Part shown: one piece after another, positions 35,763-44,374 of the stretch
Layout of the letters: every line of letters begins with the position of its first letter
Numbering within the stretch: the first letter of the stretch is position 1
Source: a virus
Lineage: Duplodnaviria; Caudoviricetes
Virus record (IMG/VR): IMGVR_UViG_3300037482_000423
Span: 1 to 49,388 of that record
Length of the DNA: 49,388 nucleotides
Strand: one strand, 5' to 3'
The notes under the pieces: generated by a model
Seen by the model: only the letters and a program-made list of their open reading frames with translations
Told to the model about the DNA's origin: nothing
Database searches by the model: none
Translations under genes and position numbers: made by a program

Positions 35763-36425
35763 ATGAGGATAAAAATCACACCCACCCAGGAATCCGAGCT
35801 GGCGAATTTGGTCAACAACTTCTGCGCGGAGCGGGATGTTTTTTGGGATGGCACTGAGGAAATCCGTTTCATCGACATGACCACTGAGGTGTTGCAACGC
35901 CGGTTGCTCTGCTACGCCGAAAAGGTCATGCCATTCGTGTCACTTTTCGCCCGGGCCATACTTACGGATGTCCCGGCCGAAAAGTTTGCCGACATGATGC
36001 GCCAGGTCCATAAAAGCGGGCGCTGCCAGTTCATGGAATGCCCCCAGCATGGGACACTTATGTTCTGGCGTTTTCATCGGGCCGATTCGTTGACCGTCCC
36101 AGCCGGGACGCTGGGCTACTGGCCGTGCGAGCATTGGAACCCCGGCCGGGACCGGCGAGCCGCTCGTTTTCTGGCGGACATGCTGGAGGACTTTTGCGCC
36201 CAACCCGGGATCTTCGTGACCCGTGGCCGTTTGCAGGATTTTATACGGGTGTCCTCTGCTGAATTGCACTGGTCCCTGAAAACTCTTTTCGGCCCCGACA
36301 TGGACATGTTTTCGCCCAGCTACTTCAACCGGATCCTGGAATTCATGCGCGCCAAAGGGAACCCGAGGATTTCCCAGATTGTCGTGGGGGACAGTTGGGA
36401 TATCCACCGCGTTCCCAAAAAATAG
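35763..36425 (+). CDS. Hypothetical protein
   Basis: 220 aa ATG ORF in operon order. Confidence 0.6.
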   Translation: MRIKITPTQESELANLVNNFCAERDVFWDGTEEIRFIDMTTEVLQRRLLCYAEKVMPFVSLFARAILTDVPAEKFADMMRQVHKSGRCQFMECPQHGTLMFWRFHRADSLTVPAGTLGYWPCEHWNPGRDRRAARFLADMLEDFCAQPGIFVTRGRLQDFIRVSSAELHWSLKTLFGPDMDMFSPSYFNRILEFMRAKGNPRISQIVVGDSWDIHRVPKK

Positions 36426-36429
36426 TTTG

Positions 36430-36468
36430 AAAATAAAATTTGACTTCCAACCAAGGATGGACGATAGT
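36430..36468 (+). promoter_or_regulatory. Repeated early promoter 1 (leaderless)
   Basis: AAAATAAAAT-TTGACT(36440)-N17-GATAGT, then 6 nt to ATG 36475. Confidence 0.8.
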
Positions 36469-36474
36469 ATATTC

Positions 36475-36711
36475 ATGAACGAGACACTGCCAACATTTGC
36501 GAACATCGGGGAGCCTTGCACAATCGGACGTTGCCCGGCGGTCATGAAGATGCGAACGCTATTCAAGATCCAGCCCAAGAACCGAAGGCACGCGAGGCTC
36601 CTCAAGGGCAAAGTGGAGTCACTGGCCCGCAAGTCGATGTCCCTCGATCTGGTGGACAGCGTGCTGCGGACGTGGTGCCGGAAGTGGGGACACCTGCAAT
36701 TGAGCTACTAA
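36475..36711 (+). CDS. Hypothetical protein
   Basis: Leaderless ATG after promoter 1. Confidence 0.55.
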   Translation: MNETLPTFANIGEPCTIGRCPAVMKMRTLFKIQPKNRRHARLLKGKVESLARKSMSLDLVDSVLRTWCRKWGHLQLSY

Positions 36712-36712
36712 T

Positions 36713-37048
36713 ATGAGATACATTTACATCATACGCGGGGGCTGGAGCGGCCTGAGGATCTTGAGGTATGAGTGCCCCAAGGAGACGGAAAAGTGCATCT
36801 GGACCCGGCGCGTGGGCGGCACGGAAACGCCAACCCGGAGTCTCAAATCGCCGTTCAGGACATGCTATGACAACCCCGAGCACGCGCTGACAGCTTTGGG
36901 CATATCTCTGAATCGCCGGGTGCATGAGCACAAGGCGAAGCTGGTTGTGGCTGAGAAGGCACTTGCCAATTTTGAGCGTGCCGAGGCAAACGGGTGCGCT
37001 GCCCAGCTTCCATTTATCGAGGACAGCACCTCGGATTATCTGCCTTAA
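36713..37048 (+). CDS. Hypothetical protein
   Basis: 111 aa, 1 nt after the upstream stop. Confidence 0.55.
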   Translation: MRYIYIIRGGWSGLRILRYECPKETEKCIWTRRVGGTETPTRSLKSPFRTCYDNPEHALTALGISLNRRVHEHKAKLVVAEKALANFERAEANGCAAQLPFIEDSTSDYLP

Positions 37049-37072
37049 GAAATTTATGTATAACCAACTAAG

Positions 37073-37110
37073 AAATAAAATTTGACACGGGAAGGAACCC
37101 GTGTTAATTT
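37073..37110 (+). promoter_or_regulatory. Repeated early promoter 2 (leaderless)
   Basis: AAATAAAAT-TTGACA(37082)-N17-TAATTT, then 6 nt to ATG 37117. Confidence 0.8.
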
Positions 37111-37116
37111 ACCGCC

Positions 37117-37407
37117 ATGAACGACATCAAGCAACAAGTAGTGGCCCGCTTAAAGCGGTGCCAAGTTATCCGGGAACAGTTGGACAAGGTGGCCTGCCAC
37201 TTTCACCGGTGGCACTCGGTTCCCTCGCATGTTCAAGACCCCGACATGGACTGTGTGACCTTTTTCGAGGTTGCCGTCTGTGCGGGAGAGTTTTGCCCGA
37301 AGGTCACGCGGGAGGCCGTCGTCCATCTGGGCACCGGCTGCTTGCGCGTGAGCACGCTCACCTTTTACAGATCCATGGAGGAGTTTATGTTTATTGAAGC
37401 ACCATGA
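37117..37407 (+). CDS. Hypothetical protein
   Basis: Leaderless ATG; ATGA-coupled to the next gene. Confidence 0.55.
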   Translation: MNDIKQQVVARLKRCQVIREQLDKVACHFHRWHSVPSHVQDPDMDCVTFFEVAVCAGEFCPKVTREAVVHLGTGCLRVSTLTFYRSMEEFMFIEAP

Positions 37408-37886
37408 AAACACAAAAGAAAATCAGCGCGGTGATCATCCTTCAGCGCCGAACAGTTCGGGGTGACCTGCCTTCATACACGGCGCGCACGGCGCGTGAAG
37501 ACCTATACTACCCGTGGTCTGTTACCATGATCGGGGGGCCTACGCCGCTGCGGTGCCCCGTCCGCTATCTTTGTGTGGATGGCTTTGAGGAGTTTTTTGG
37601 GATCAGCGGGACCCGCGCACGCAACATCGCCCTTCGCCTCACAATTGGCCCCGCTGCCCGCAAAGTTGCGGCTTCCAGGGATCGGATATTCAGGGGTAAA
37701 ATAGTCTTGGACTATTGGGGTCACATATGGCCAACCCGATGCCGCCTGACCACCTTCCGGCTGTTCCCAAACGAGTCTGATTTCCTGGCGCGGTTGACCG
37801 TGGCTGATTACAAGTGGGGCGGATATCGGCGGTATGACGTGGCGGTTGAAAGAGTGCGGGGGAACAAATGGTTGATAAAACGTTGA
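37404..37886 (+). CDS. Hypothetical basic protein
   Basis: 160 aa, ATGA-coupled. Confidence 0.55.
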   Translation: MKTQKKISAVIILQRRTVRGDLPSYTARTAREDLYYPWSVTMIGGPTPLRCPVRYLCVDGFEEFFGISGTRARNIALRLTIGPAARKVAASRDRIFRGKIVLDYWGHIWPTRCRLTTFRLFPNESDFLARLTVADYKWGGYRRYDVAVERVRGNKWLIKR

Positions 37887-37927
37887 TTTTTGGCGGGTAG
37901 AGAAACTAAACTTAGGAAAAAAAAAAT

Positions 37928-38230
37928 ATGATTGACCCAAACGTTAAAGCAGCATTCGAGGCCCTGGAGGCACGCGTCGGGAGGTTGCGCGACACCCTTG
38001 ACAAAGCCTTGGAGATCTTGTCTGAGATCCACCAGGAAAACGAAAGACGCGACTCGGTGTTCCGTGAGCACAAGGAGGCCACCAACAAGAGGCTTGTTGA
38101 GTTGGAGGCGCGGCTTGGCGGCGGTTTGGTTGAAATTGCTGATAAGCTGGGGGATCTCCGGAACGCCCATTATAAACCCGCTCGTCGTGGTGGCCCGCTC
38201 AAGAGATTTTTCGAGGTGTTTTTTGATTAG
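37928..38230 (+). CDS. Coiled-coil protein, paralogous to N-terminus of next gene
   Basis: ALEARV...LDK..EILSEIH.ENE.R...F.EHKE...KR..ELE.R is shared with 38271..39212. Confidence 0.65.
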   Translation: MIDPNVKAAFEALEARVGRLRDTLDKALEILSEIHQENERRDSVFREHKEATNKRLVELEARLGGGLVEIADKLGDLRNAHYKPARRGGPLKRFFEVFFD

Positions 38231-38270
38231 ACTCTCGAAAGGAAAATGACTAATAGAAAGGAAAAAAGTT

Positions 38271-39212
38271 ATGACTGACCTAAGTGTTAAAGTTGCCCTC
38301 CAAGCTTTGGAGGCCCGCGTTCTTAAGATCGCTGAGAGCCTCGACAAAGGCATGGAAATCCTATCGGAGATCCATGGCGAGAACGAGAAGCGGCATGCCG
38401 CGTTTCTTGAGCACAAGGAATCCATCGGCAAAAGATTTTCTGAATTGGAGGAACGGGTCAATAGCGCGATTTCCTACGCGCGGAATAGACGGGCGGCGCT
38501 CGCGGGGAGCCTGGGGCGGCTTTGGGACAAGGCGCATAAAGTGACGGCGGACCAAAAGCGGCTGGAGGCACGCACGGCGGTCGTGGACCAGGAGAGTTAC
38601 CGGTTGTCGGGGGCAATCGGCGAGATTAACAAACTGCGCGATGTGCAGAAGGAGACCAACGGCCGGTTGAATTCCCTGGAAGCGTCCCGCGCGGCCAAGT
38701 CACCGGACAAGTCACCGGACAAGTCACCGGCCAAGTCACTGGCGGCACAGACGGTGAATAGTGAGGGTCTCAAGACCCGGACCGTCCACGTTATACATCT
38801 TGTGTCGGATGGCAGGTTTTTGGCTTGTAACGGCACGGGGATTCTGACCAGCCAGCGCTCACTGGGAGACAGCCAAGTTTTATGGTTCTCGCATTCGAAC
38901 GTCGCCCGGGCATGGTTTGCGGCGTGGCGTTTCAGGCATAATGGCCTGAGGTGTTGGGCTCTCACATCACAACCCCTGACGAAGCAACCGGGGAGTTGCG
39001 TGTATGTAATCGCAGTGAACCCCAGCAAGCAAGGGCTGAGCGGGCATCTGTATGAGGCTCAGGAGAATGGCGTGCGGTTTACCCTCGCGCGGGGGGTTCC
39101 GGCGGACCGGATTGAATTTTCGCATGAGCAGATCGCCCGGGACTGGCTGTCCTTGCAACCGCGTCTGGTGGACGAAGGTTTCCGGGTTGAAAAAGTTGAA
39201 AATAAAATTTGA
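38271..39212 (+). CDS. Coiled-coil protein with KSPD repeats and C-terminal globular region
   Basis: 313 aa; AAAGGA SD-like sequence; N-terminus paralogous to the upstream gene. Confidence 0.65.
   Translation: MTDLSVKVALQALEARVLKIAESLDKGMEILSEIHGENEKRHAAFLEHKESIGKRFSELEERVNSAISYARNRRAALAGSLGRLWDKAHKVTADQKRLEARTAVVDQESYRLSGAIGEINKLRDVQKETNGRLNSLEASRAAKSPDKSPDKSPAKSLAAQTVNSEGLKTRTVHVIHLVSDGRFLACNGTGILTSQRSLGDSQVLWFSHSNVARAWFAAWRFRHNGLRCWALTSQPLTKQPGSCVYVIAVNPSKQGLSGHLYEAQENGVRFTLARGVPADRIEFSHEQIARDWLSLQPRLVDEGFRVEKVENKI
38696..38742. repeat. 12-bp tandem repeat x4 (KSPD KSPD KSPA KSLA)
   Basis: caagtcaccgga unit repeated in frame. Confidence 0.9.
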
Positions 39213-39237
39213 CTTTTGTTCCCGAAGGGACGATAAT
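39199..39237 (+). promoter_or_regulatory. Repeated early promoter 3
   Basis: AAAATAAAAT-TTGACT(39209)-N17-GATAAT upstream of the RadC-like gene. Confidence 0.8.
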
Positions 39238-39284
39238 ATATCCAGTTGGGGGAATCAACCCCTGGCAGAACGAGAAAGAACGAC

Positions 39285-39761
39285 ATGAGCAACACTTACA
39301 ATTCGAAGGAATACAAGTTGGTTTCACTGCGTGAATGCCCCAACCCGGCGGACCTGGCCGATTGCGACACGCCCGAGAAGGCGGCAGCCTACTGGCGGAA
39401 TCACGTTGTGAATCACCCCAACTTCAACCCGGAGGTGGAGTGCCTGGTGGTGCTGTTGCTCAATACCCGGCGCAAGGTCAAGGGTCACCTTGTCGTGTCC
39501 GTCGGCGTCATTGACGGATGTATGGTGCACCCCCGGGAGGTTTTCAGGCCAGCTATCATCGGTTCGGCGTCGGCCATCGTTGTGATGCACAATCACCCCA
39601 GCGGGGACTCTTCCCCCTCGGAGTCTGATATTGTGGCAACTCGGAACCTGGTTCAGGCCGGCAAGTTGCTCAAGATCGAATTGCTTGACCATGTCATCAT
39701 CGGCGCGGCGGGCACTTCCACAAGTTTGCGGTCCCTGGGTTACTTCAACACCAACGTTTAA
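39285..39761 (+). CDS. radC: RadC-like JAB/MPN domain protein
   Basis: VHPREVFRPAI, HNHPSGDSSPSESD and IELLDHVIIG hallmark motifs. Confidence 0.9.
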   Translation: MSNTYNSKEYKLVSLRECPNPADLADCDTPEKAAAYWRNHVVNHPNFNPEVECLVVLLLNTRRKVKGHLVVSVGVIDGCMVHPREVFRPAIIGSASAIVVMHNHPSGDSSPSESDIVATRNLVQAGKLLKIELLDHVIIGAAGTSTSLRSLGYFNTNV

Positions 39762-39772
39762 ATGATATTACT

Positions 39773-40342
39773 ATGAAAGAGTTTGTTATCCAATACCGGC
39801 TAGCGGGGGCACCCGGGATCAGGTTTGTGCGGGATACCGGTCAGACCACAGATGAACTAGCCAAGGCCAGGAGGTTTTGCTGCGAGGAGCAGGCCCGGAC
39901 TTTCGCGCGGAGCGCACGTTGGCTGGAAAGTTTTTCCCGCATGAAGGCTCGCGGGGATCTAGGTTACTGGAAAATTCGCGCGTTACGGAAACCCGAACCG
40001 GTTTCCACGCTGCCGGCTGCGGAAGAAGGCGGTGGCGGTAGCTCCAACCCTTACGCCGAGGGGCCTCCTCCTCCTCCTCCGTTGCCGGATCCGGCGTGGA
40101 CCCCAATGCCGATCCGGGATCCTAAGGCAGTTAATTACCTGCTCTGGCAGGCCGCGCTCATGGTGGCGACCGTTAAGTTGCATGTCATGCCCCAGAGCGG
40201 GGGTGGCGAGTTGCATTACCTTAAGATTTCATGCAAAGATACCCAGGTTTTGGCAGACCTGCGGCAGCGATATCGGGGCTGGCTGGATGCCCAACAAACA
40301 TTCGCCAAACCCTTGACGCCCGGGAAAGAAGAACGACATTAA
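39773..40342 (+). CDS. Hypothetical protein with Gly/Pro-rich linker
   Basis: 189 aa ATG ORF. Confidence 0.55.
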   Translation: MKEFVIQYRLAGAPGIRFVRDTGQTTDELAKARRFCCEEQARTFARSARWLESFSRMKARGDLGYWKIRALRKPEPVSTLPAAEEGGGGSSNPYAEGPPPPPPLPDPAWTPMPIRDPKAVNYLLWQAALMVATVKLHVMPQSGGGELHYLKISCKDTQVLADLRQRYRGWLDAQQTFAKPLTPGKEERH

Positions 40343-40430
40343 AACAACTTTGCGCGGGGGACCCGGGTTATCGTTCGCCCGCCGGCTTTGTCGGAAAAGG
40401 CCCTCGCGCTCTAATTTAGAAAGACTACTT

Positions 40431-40880
40431 ATGCTGAAACCCGAAATCGAAATCGCGGTCATGCTGGGGGATCTCCGACGTGCGTTGGAGTTGGCCAAGA
40501 ATAGCAAGCACGGGCTGGCTGAGACCATCCCGAACTGGGACAGCGCGGAGAACATGCCAGCGCAAGCGGCTTTGCTACGGATCTCCTATGAGGGGCGGTG
40601 TGCGGAGCATATTGGTGACGCGGAAGTTTTGGAGGCTCCCACCTTCGCGGCGCATGTGGCCCAGTTCGAGGACCCCGACTCTTGGGTGCATGAGGATTTT
40701 CCCCGGTGGGTGCGGCGCGCGCTTGGGGTGAAGATAGATCCTCGGGAGACGGAGGAACCTTATCAAACCCTTGCTACCCCGGACAAGCTGGGGGATCGCG
40801 GGACCCGGGCTGAGGGACTTCGCGCGGCGTGTGATCGGGTCAAGCTATTTCAGCCTAACAGTTTCCCGCCGTCGTGTTAA
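40431..40880 (+). CDS. Hypothetical protein
   Basis: ATG at 40431 (MLKPEIEIAV...). Confidence 0.55.
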   Translation: MLKPEIEIAVMLGDLRRALELAKNSKHGLAETIPNWDSAENMPAQAALLRISYEGRCAEHIGDAEVLEAPTFAAHVAQFEDPDSWVHEDFPRWVRRALGVKIDPRETEEPYQTLATPDKLGDRGTRAEGLRAACDRVKLFQPNSFPPSC

Positions 40881-40881
40881 T

Positions 40882-41058
40882 ATGAAACCCAGCCCTGAAC
40901 AAGTGACAGCCGCCGGCCAGGAGGTGGATGCAGCGAAAGCGTTGTCGGATCTGGAAGCAGAGGTGCAAGCGGCCGAGATTCGCGCGACGGGTGAAGTGGA
41001 AACGCGGGATCAAGTCGAGTTATGGGGTAACTACCCCTTGTCGGATACAAGATGCTGA
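40882..41058 (+). CDS. Small hypothetical protein starting MKPSPEQVTAAGQE
   Basis: Same first 14 aa as the next gene. Confidence 0.55.
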   Translation: MKPSPEQVTAAGQEVDAAKALSDLEAEVQAAEIRATGEVETRDQVELWGNYPLSDTRC

Positions 41059-41059
41059 T

Positions 41060-41371
41060 ATGAAACCAAGCCCCGAACAAGTGACAGCCGCCGGCCAGGA
41101 AGCCGCGCGCACAGACGCATCCGCGAAACGTGCAACGGCCAATCTCCAAACCTTGCTGGAAGGTCTGAGCCTCACCCCTACCGATGTGGCCTGGGTGGCG
41201 TGGTTCATCCTGAAGAGTTACGAGGGCCGGTGCCGGGAGCTGGCGATGGAAGGCGACCAGGTAATTCTGCCCAGTCTGCGGACTCACCTGGATGATTTGA
41301 CGGCACCCCCCAGCCATTTCGCGCATGACGCGTTCCTGCGCTGGGTCAGAATCGGGGTGACCCATGAATGA
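41060..41371 (+). CDS. Hypothetical protein starting MKPSPEQVTAAGQE
   Basis: Duplicated start region. Confidence 0.55.
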   Translation: MKPSPEQVTAAGQEAARTDASAKRATANLQTLLEGLSLTPTDVAWVAWFILKSYEGRCRELAMEGDQVILPSLRTHLDDLTAPPSHFAHDAFLRWVRIGVTHE

Positions 41372-41822
41372 GCCAACCTTCGCCCTGTTTGGCAAAGTTT
41401 CCCGCCCGGAATATCGGGCGTGGCTTGCCCGGCAGGGTCTCCTACAAGTGCGCTACGCGCTGCAAAAGAGATATCCTAAGCTGAGGATAGTTCACCACGG
41501 GTTGGCACCCTTGCACATTTTCAGGAAGGGAGCCTTTCATTTCATTGCCCGTGGGTCCGGCCCACGGGTTCTCATGAAGGGTAGGGCCGGCACGTTCAAG
41601 AGCGACTATCGGCAGGCAGTGGAAGTAGTCACCCTAAAAATCGGGGACGCCTCGTCACTATGTGCAAACCCCGCCTTGGACATTCATTTTCATTACCAGG
41701 TGGACAGCGACGAAAATATTTTCGGAGACTGGGGCTGGCACAGGTTCCAGGTGGTTGACTTTGTTGACCCGATGGAAGCCCGGCCCCGGCTTTTCCATGA
41801 CGGAGTTTACAGCTATGCTTGA
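41364..41822 (+). CDS. Hypothetical protein
   Basis: 152 aa, overlapping both neighbours. Confidence 0.5.
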   Translation: MNEPTFALFGKVSRPEYRAWLARQGLLQVRYALQKRYPKLRIVHHGLAPLHIFRKGAFHFIARGSGPRVLMKGRAGTFKSDYRQAVEVVTLKIGDASSLCANPALDIHFHYQVDSDENIFGDWGWHRFQVVDFVDPMEARPRLFHDGVYSYA

Positions 41823-43095
41823 CCTGGGAAAAATCAAAATCCAATTCGTCCGGTGGACAGAATCCATTGACAAGTGGAGGGGATACAGCCTGTTTTTCAG
41901 TGGTCACGCGGAAGAGGGGTTTTGGTTCGCCCGGGCTCAGATGGGTTCACCGGTTTACGCCGCGCTGGACCCACTTAAGGCGGCCTTGACGGTTGGTACC
42001 TTCCAGCACAAATTGGAGCCGGCGCTGCGGGATCCAGGGTTTCTGGTTTTAGCGAGTCCACGGTCGCCAGGTTGGTGGGCCGTGTTTAAGCCATACGCCT
42101 CCCCCCGGGTGAAGGGGTTGGTCCTGCCGGATACCTACAAAAAATTTATGAAAAAATACCCGAAAGTTAGATCCGTCGGCCACCGGGAAGTTGGCCATCT
42201 TCTGCCGTCGCCCTGGGTTGTCGTCCAGGAAAAAGTGGACGGCAGCAACTTCAGCTTTGGCGTCGGCAAGTATGGGATCTTGCATTGTGCAAGTCACCAT
42301 CAGGACCTGTCCTGGGCAGACCCCAATCCGATGTTTGCAGAGGTGATGCGCTATGTCCGATCCATTGAGAGTTTGCTGGTTCCGGGAGTCATTTACCGCT
42401 GCGAAATGGTCACCAAGCCGCGTCAAAATCAACTCACGTATTTGAGCGCCGCCCAGAATGGGCTCGTGTTGTTTGACGTGGAAATGATGGACGATGCCAT
42501 CCGCCCTTTGGAGCTAGTGCTGCCGTGTGTGGAGTTTCCGGTGGAGGATGCGCCACCTTTTCCGCACCTGGCGGAAATCGCAAACAAGCTGGGCATCGAC
42601 TGCACCCGGGAAATTTATCACGGCCCCATGACTCTTGAGGATCTGACCCAATGGTGGCCGGGTTGGCAGACCACGGCATCCTTCTTGGGTGGCTGCGACA
42701 TGGAGGGGGTCGTGGTCAAGGACATTGCCCGGTCAACGCCCGAGGGGGGACGGCTTCAAGCAAAGCTTGTGCGTCCGGAATTCAAGGAGCAGCAACGTCA
42801 CCAGGGCGGCGCTCCAAAGCAACTTGGAGTTGAGCACTTCGGGGTTGCCTTTGGTGGCCCGGAGCGGTGGCGCAAGGCGGTTCAGCGCTTGCGCGAAGGC
42901 GGCCTTATCGTCGGCGGACCTGAGGACATTGGGGGACTGATCCGGGAGACTTGGGAGGATGTCGAGGCGGAGGCCACGGACGAGATCAAGGACCAACTGT
43001 GGAAAAAATTTCGCAAACAGATCCTGGCCGGATCCACGCGCGGGCTGGCGGAGTGGTATAAGGATTTTCTGATCAGCAACCCGCAGAAACCATGA
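41815..43095 (+). CDS. Rnl2-family ATP-dependent RNA ligase (ligase domain from ATG 42148; 111-aa in-frame N-terminal extension)
   Basis: Motif I QEKVDGSNFSF, RCEMV, LFDV, EGVVVK and AKLV..EFKE; KKYPKV is a typical Rnl2 N-terminus. Confidence 0.8.
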   Translation: MLDLGKIKIQFVRWTESIDKWRGYSLFFSGHAEEGFWFARAQMGSPVYAALDPLKAALTVGTFQHKLEPALRDPGFLVLASPRSPGWWAVFKPYASPRVKGLVLPDTYKKFMKKYPKVRSVGHREVGHLLPSPWVVVQEKVDGSNFSFGVGKYGILHCASHHQDLSWADPNPMFAEVMRYVRSIESLLVPGVIYRCEMVTKPRQNQLTYLSAAQNGLVLFDVEMMDDAIRPLELVLPCVEFPVEDAPPFPHLAEIANKLGIDCTREIYHGPMTLEDLTQWWPGWQTTASFLGGCDMEGVVVKDIARSTPEGGRLQAKLVRPEFKEQQRHQGGAPKQLGVEHFGVAFGGPERWRKAVQRLREGGLIVGGPEDIGGLIRETWEDVEAEATDEIKDQLWKKFRKQILAGSTRGLAEWYKDFLISNPQKP

Positions 43096-43379
43096 AGAGG
43101 TTTATCCCCCTACTCTTAGCCTTGGTGGTCACCTGGAAATTCGAGCACGGCGTCCGGGACACCCTGGAATTCCGCCCCGGTCCGGGTGCCAAGTGGAAAG
43201 AGTCGCCAGGTCCGTATCAACTCACCCATGACGGGGAGCGTTATAGAGTTACCGTGGACGACTTCGTAACGCAAGTTGTCCCGCAGATTTTCTTCCGAGT
43301 GAAGAGAGAATGGGGGCCACCGCGTTTAAACGCGCCGCTCCCGGAACCAAACGACAAGAACATACACAAAGGAAAATAA
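43092..43379 (+). CDS. Small secreted/membrane protein
   Basis: Signal-like MKRFIPLLLALVV and a QIFFRV strand near the C-terminus. Confidence 0.55.
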   Translation: MKRFIPLLLALVVTWKFEHGVRDTLEFRPGPGAKWKESPGPYQLTHDGERYRVTVDDFVTQVVPQIFFRVKREWGPPRLNAPLPEPNDKNIHKGK

Positions 43380-43756
43380 TGAACCGCACACTCCCCCTGA
43401 TTGCGCTGCTCCTGGGCGCGCTAACCTCCACACTCAACGCCCAGACACTACTGGATGTCAGTCTAGCCTGGGACCCCAACCCCGAGACCGACATTGCCGG
43501 TTACCGGCTCTACTACGGCACCGAGCCGAGGGTTTACAGCGCGCCGGTGGACGTCATCGGCCAGGTGACCACGGGGGTTGTTCCGGGGCTGCTCCCCGGG
43601 GTGACCTACTTTTTCGCCGCGACGGCTTACAACACCGCCGGGCTTGAGAGTGATTACTCGGACGAGATCAGCTACACCACGCCGGCGATTCCTGGCCGCC
43701 CTACGGGTCTGCGCGCCCAGGGCGTGATCCGGTCCACGGCACCGCCGACCCCGTAA
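43379..43756 (+). CDS. Secreted fibronectin type III domain protein
   Basis: Sec signal MNRTLPLIALLLGALTSTLNA; VSLAWDPNPETDIAGYRLYYG...GLLPGVTYFFAATAYNTAGLESDYS. Confidence 0.85.
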   Translation: MNRTLPLIALLLGALTSTLNAQTLLDVSLAWDPNPETDIAGYRLYYGTEPRVYSAPVDVIGQVTTGVVPGLLPGVTYFFAATAYNTAGLESDYSDEISYTTPAIPGRPTGLRAQGVIRSTAPPTP

Positions 43757-43777
43757 GCTTCCCCGTCCCTACCCCCG

Positions 43778-43814
43778 CCGGCCAGGAACTGCAACCCATG
43801 GCCGGTTTTTTTTT
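43778..43814 (+). terminator. Rho-independent terminator
   Basis: ccggcca...tggccgg stem followed by T9. Confidence 0.8.
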
Positions 43815-43817
43815 ATG

Positions 43818-43856
43818 AAAATAAAATTTGACTCCCGGCCACGGATGGCCGATATT
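43818..43856 (+). promoter_or_regulatory. Repeated early promoter 4 (leaderless)
   Basis: AAAATAAAAT-TTGACT(43828)-N17-GATATT, then 5 nt to ATG 43862. Confidence 0.8.
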
Positions 43857-43861
43857 GAATC

Positions 43862-44146
43862 ATGACGATTATATTGAATAAATCAAACTGGACCGGGGAA
43901 AGTGTCACAGTCCAGGTGAACCAGTTCACAAAACAATTCACCTTTGGGGGCGACCGATACCGACTCCGTGTGATCAACGAAGCGGCTCACGCGGTGGAGC
44001 AACTCGAATACACAGGGTGGCGGCTGGTGGCTACCCTCTACGGTCCTGACAAAGGCCGCTACACTGCCATCTCTGCATTCTGCGATTTGTCCCGGGACGC
44101 CAATTGCCCTTTCAAGGCCGCCGTCAAGTTGCTGTGCAACACCTGA
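43862..44146 (+). CDS. Hypothetical protein
   Basis: Leaderless ATG. Confidence 0.6.
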   Translation: MTIILNKSNWTGESVTVQVNQFTKQFTFGGDRYRLRVINEAAHAVEQLEYTGWRLVATLYGPDKGRYTAISAFCDLSRDANCPFKAAVKLLCNT

Positions 44147-44150
44147 AGCC

Positions 44151-44336
44151 ATGAATATCAAGCTGAAGCCGCCTTGCCGGGTTGCACTTCCGGGCGGGAA
44201 GATCATCAACTTACGCCGGGTCTCCCTGGCCAGCACTGAGCTAAAGCGGCGCGGTTGGAGGGGTCTTGTGGCCCACGTCCAGAATGAAAATGGCACAGGG
44301 CTTGTTCCCTACAGTCAGCTAAAGCCCGCAAAATAA
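44151..44336 (+). CDS. Small basic hypothetical protein
   Basis: 61 aa in operon order. Confidence 0.5.
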   Translation: MNIKLKPPCRVALPGGKIINLRRVSLASTELKRRGWRGLVAHVQNENGTGLVPYSQLKPAK

Positions 44337-44368
44337 AATTTGACTTCTGCTCCCGAGTGGACGATAGT
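44330..44368 (+). promoter_or_regulatory. Repeated early promoter 5 (leaderless)
   Basis: AAAATAAAAT-TTGACT(44340)-N17-GATAGT, then 6 nt to ATG 44375; flanks near-identical to promoter 1 including ATGAACGAGA. Confidence 0.8.
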
Positions 44369-44374
44369 ATACCC

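Noticed and set aside
40028-40090. Gly4/Pro6 low-complexity tract as a functional repeat
   Set aside because: It is a simple linker within a hypothetical protein, with no further structure.
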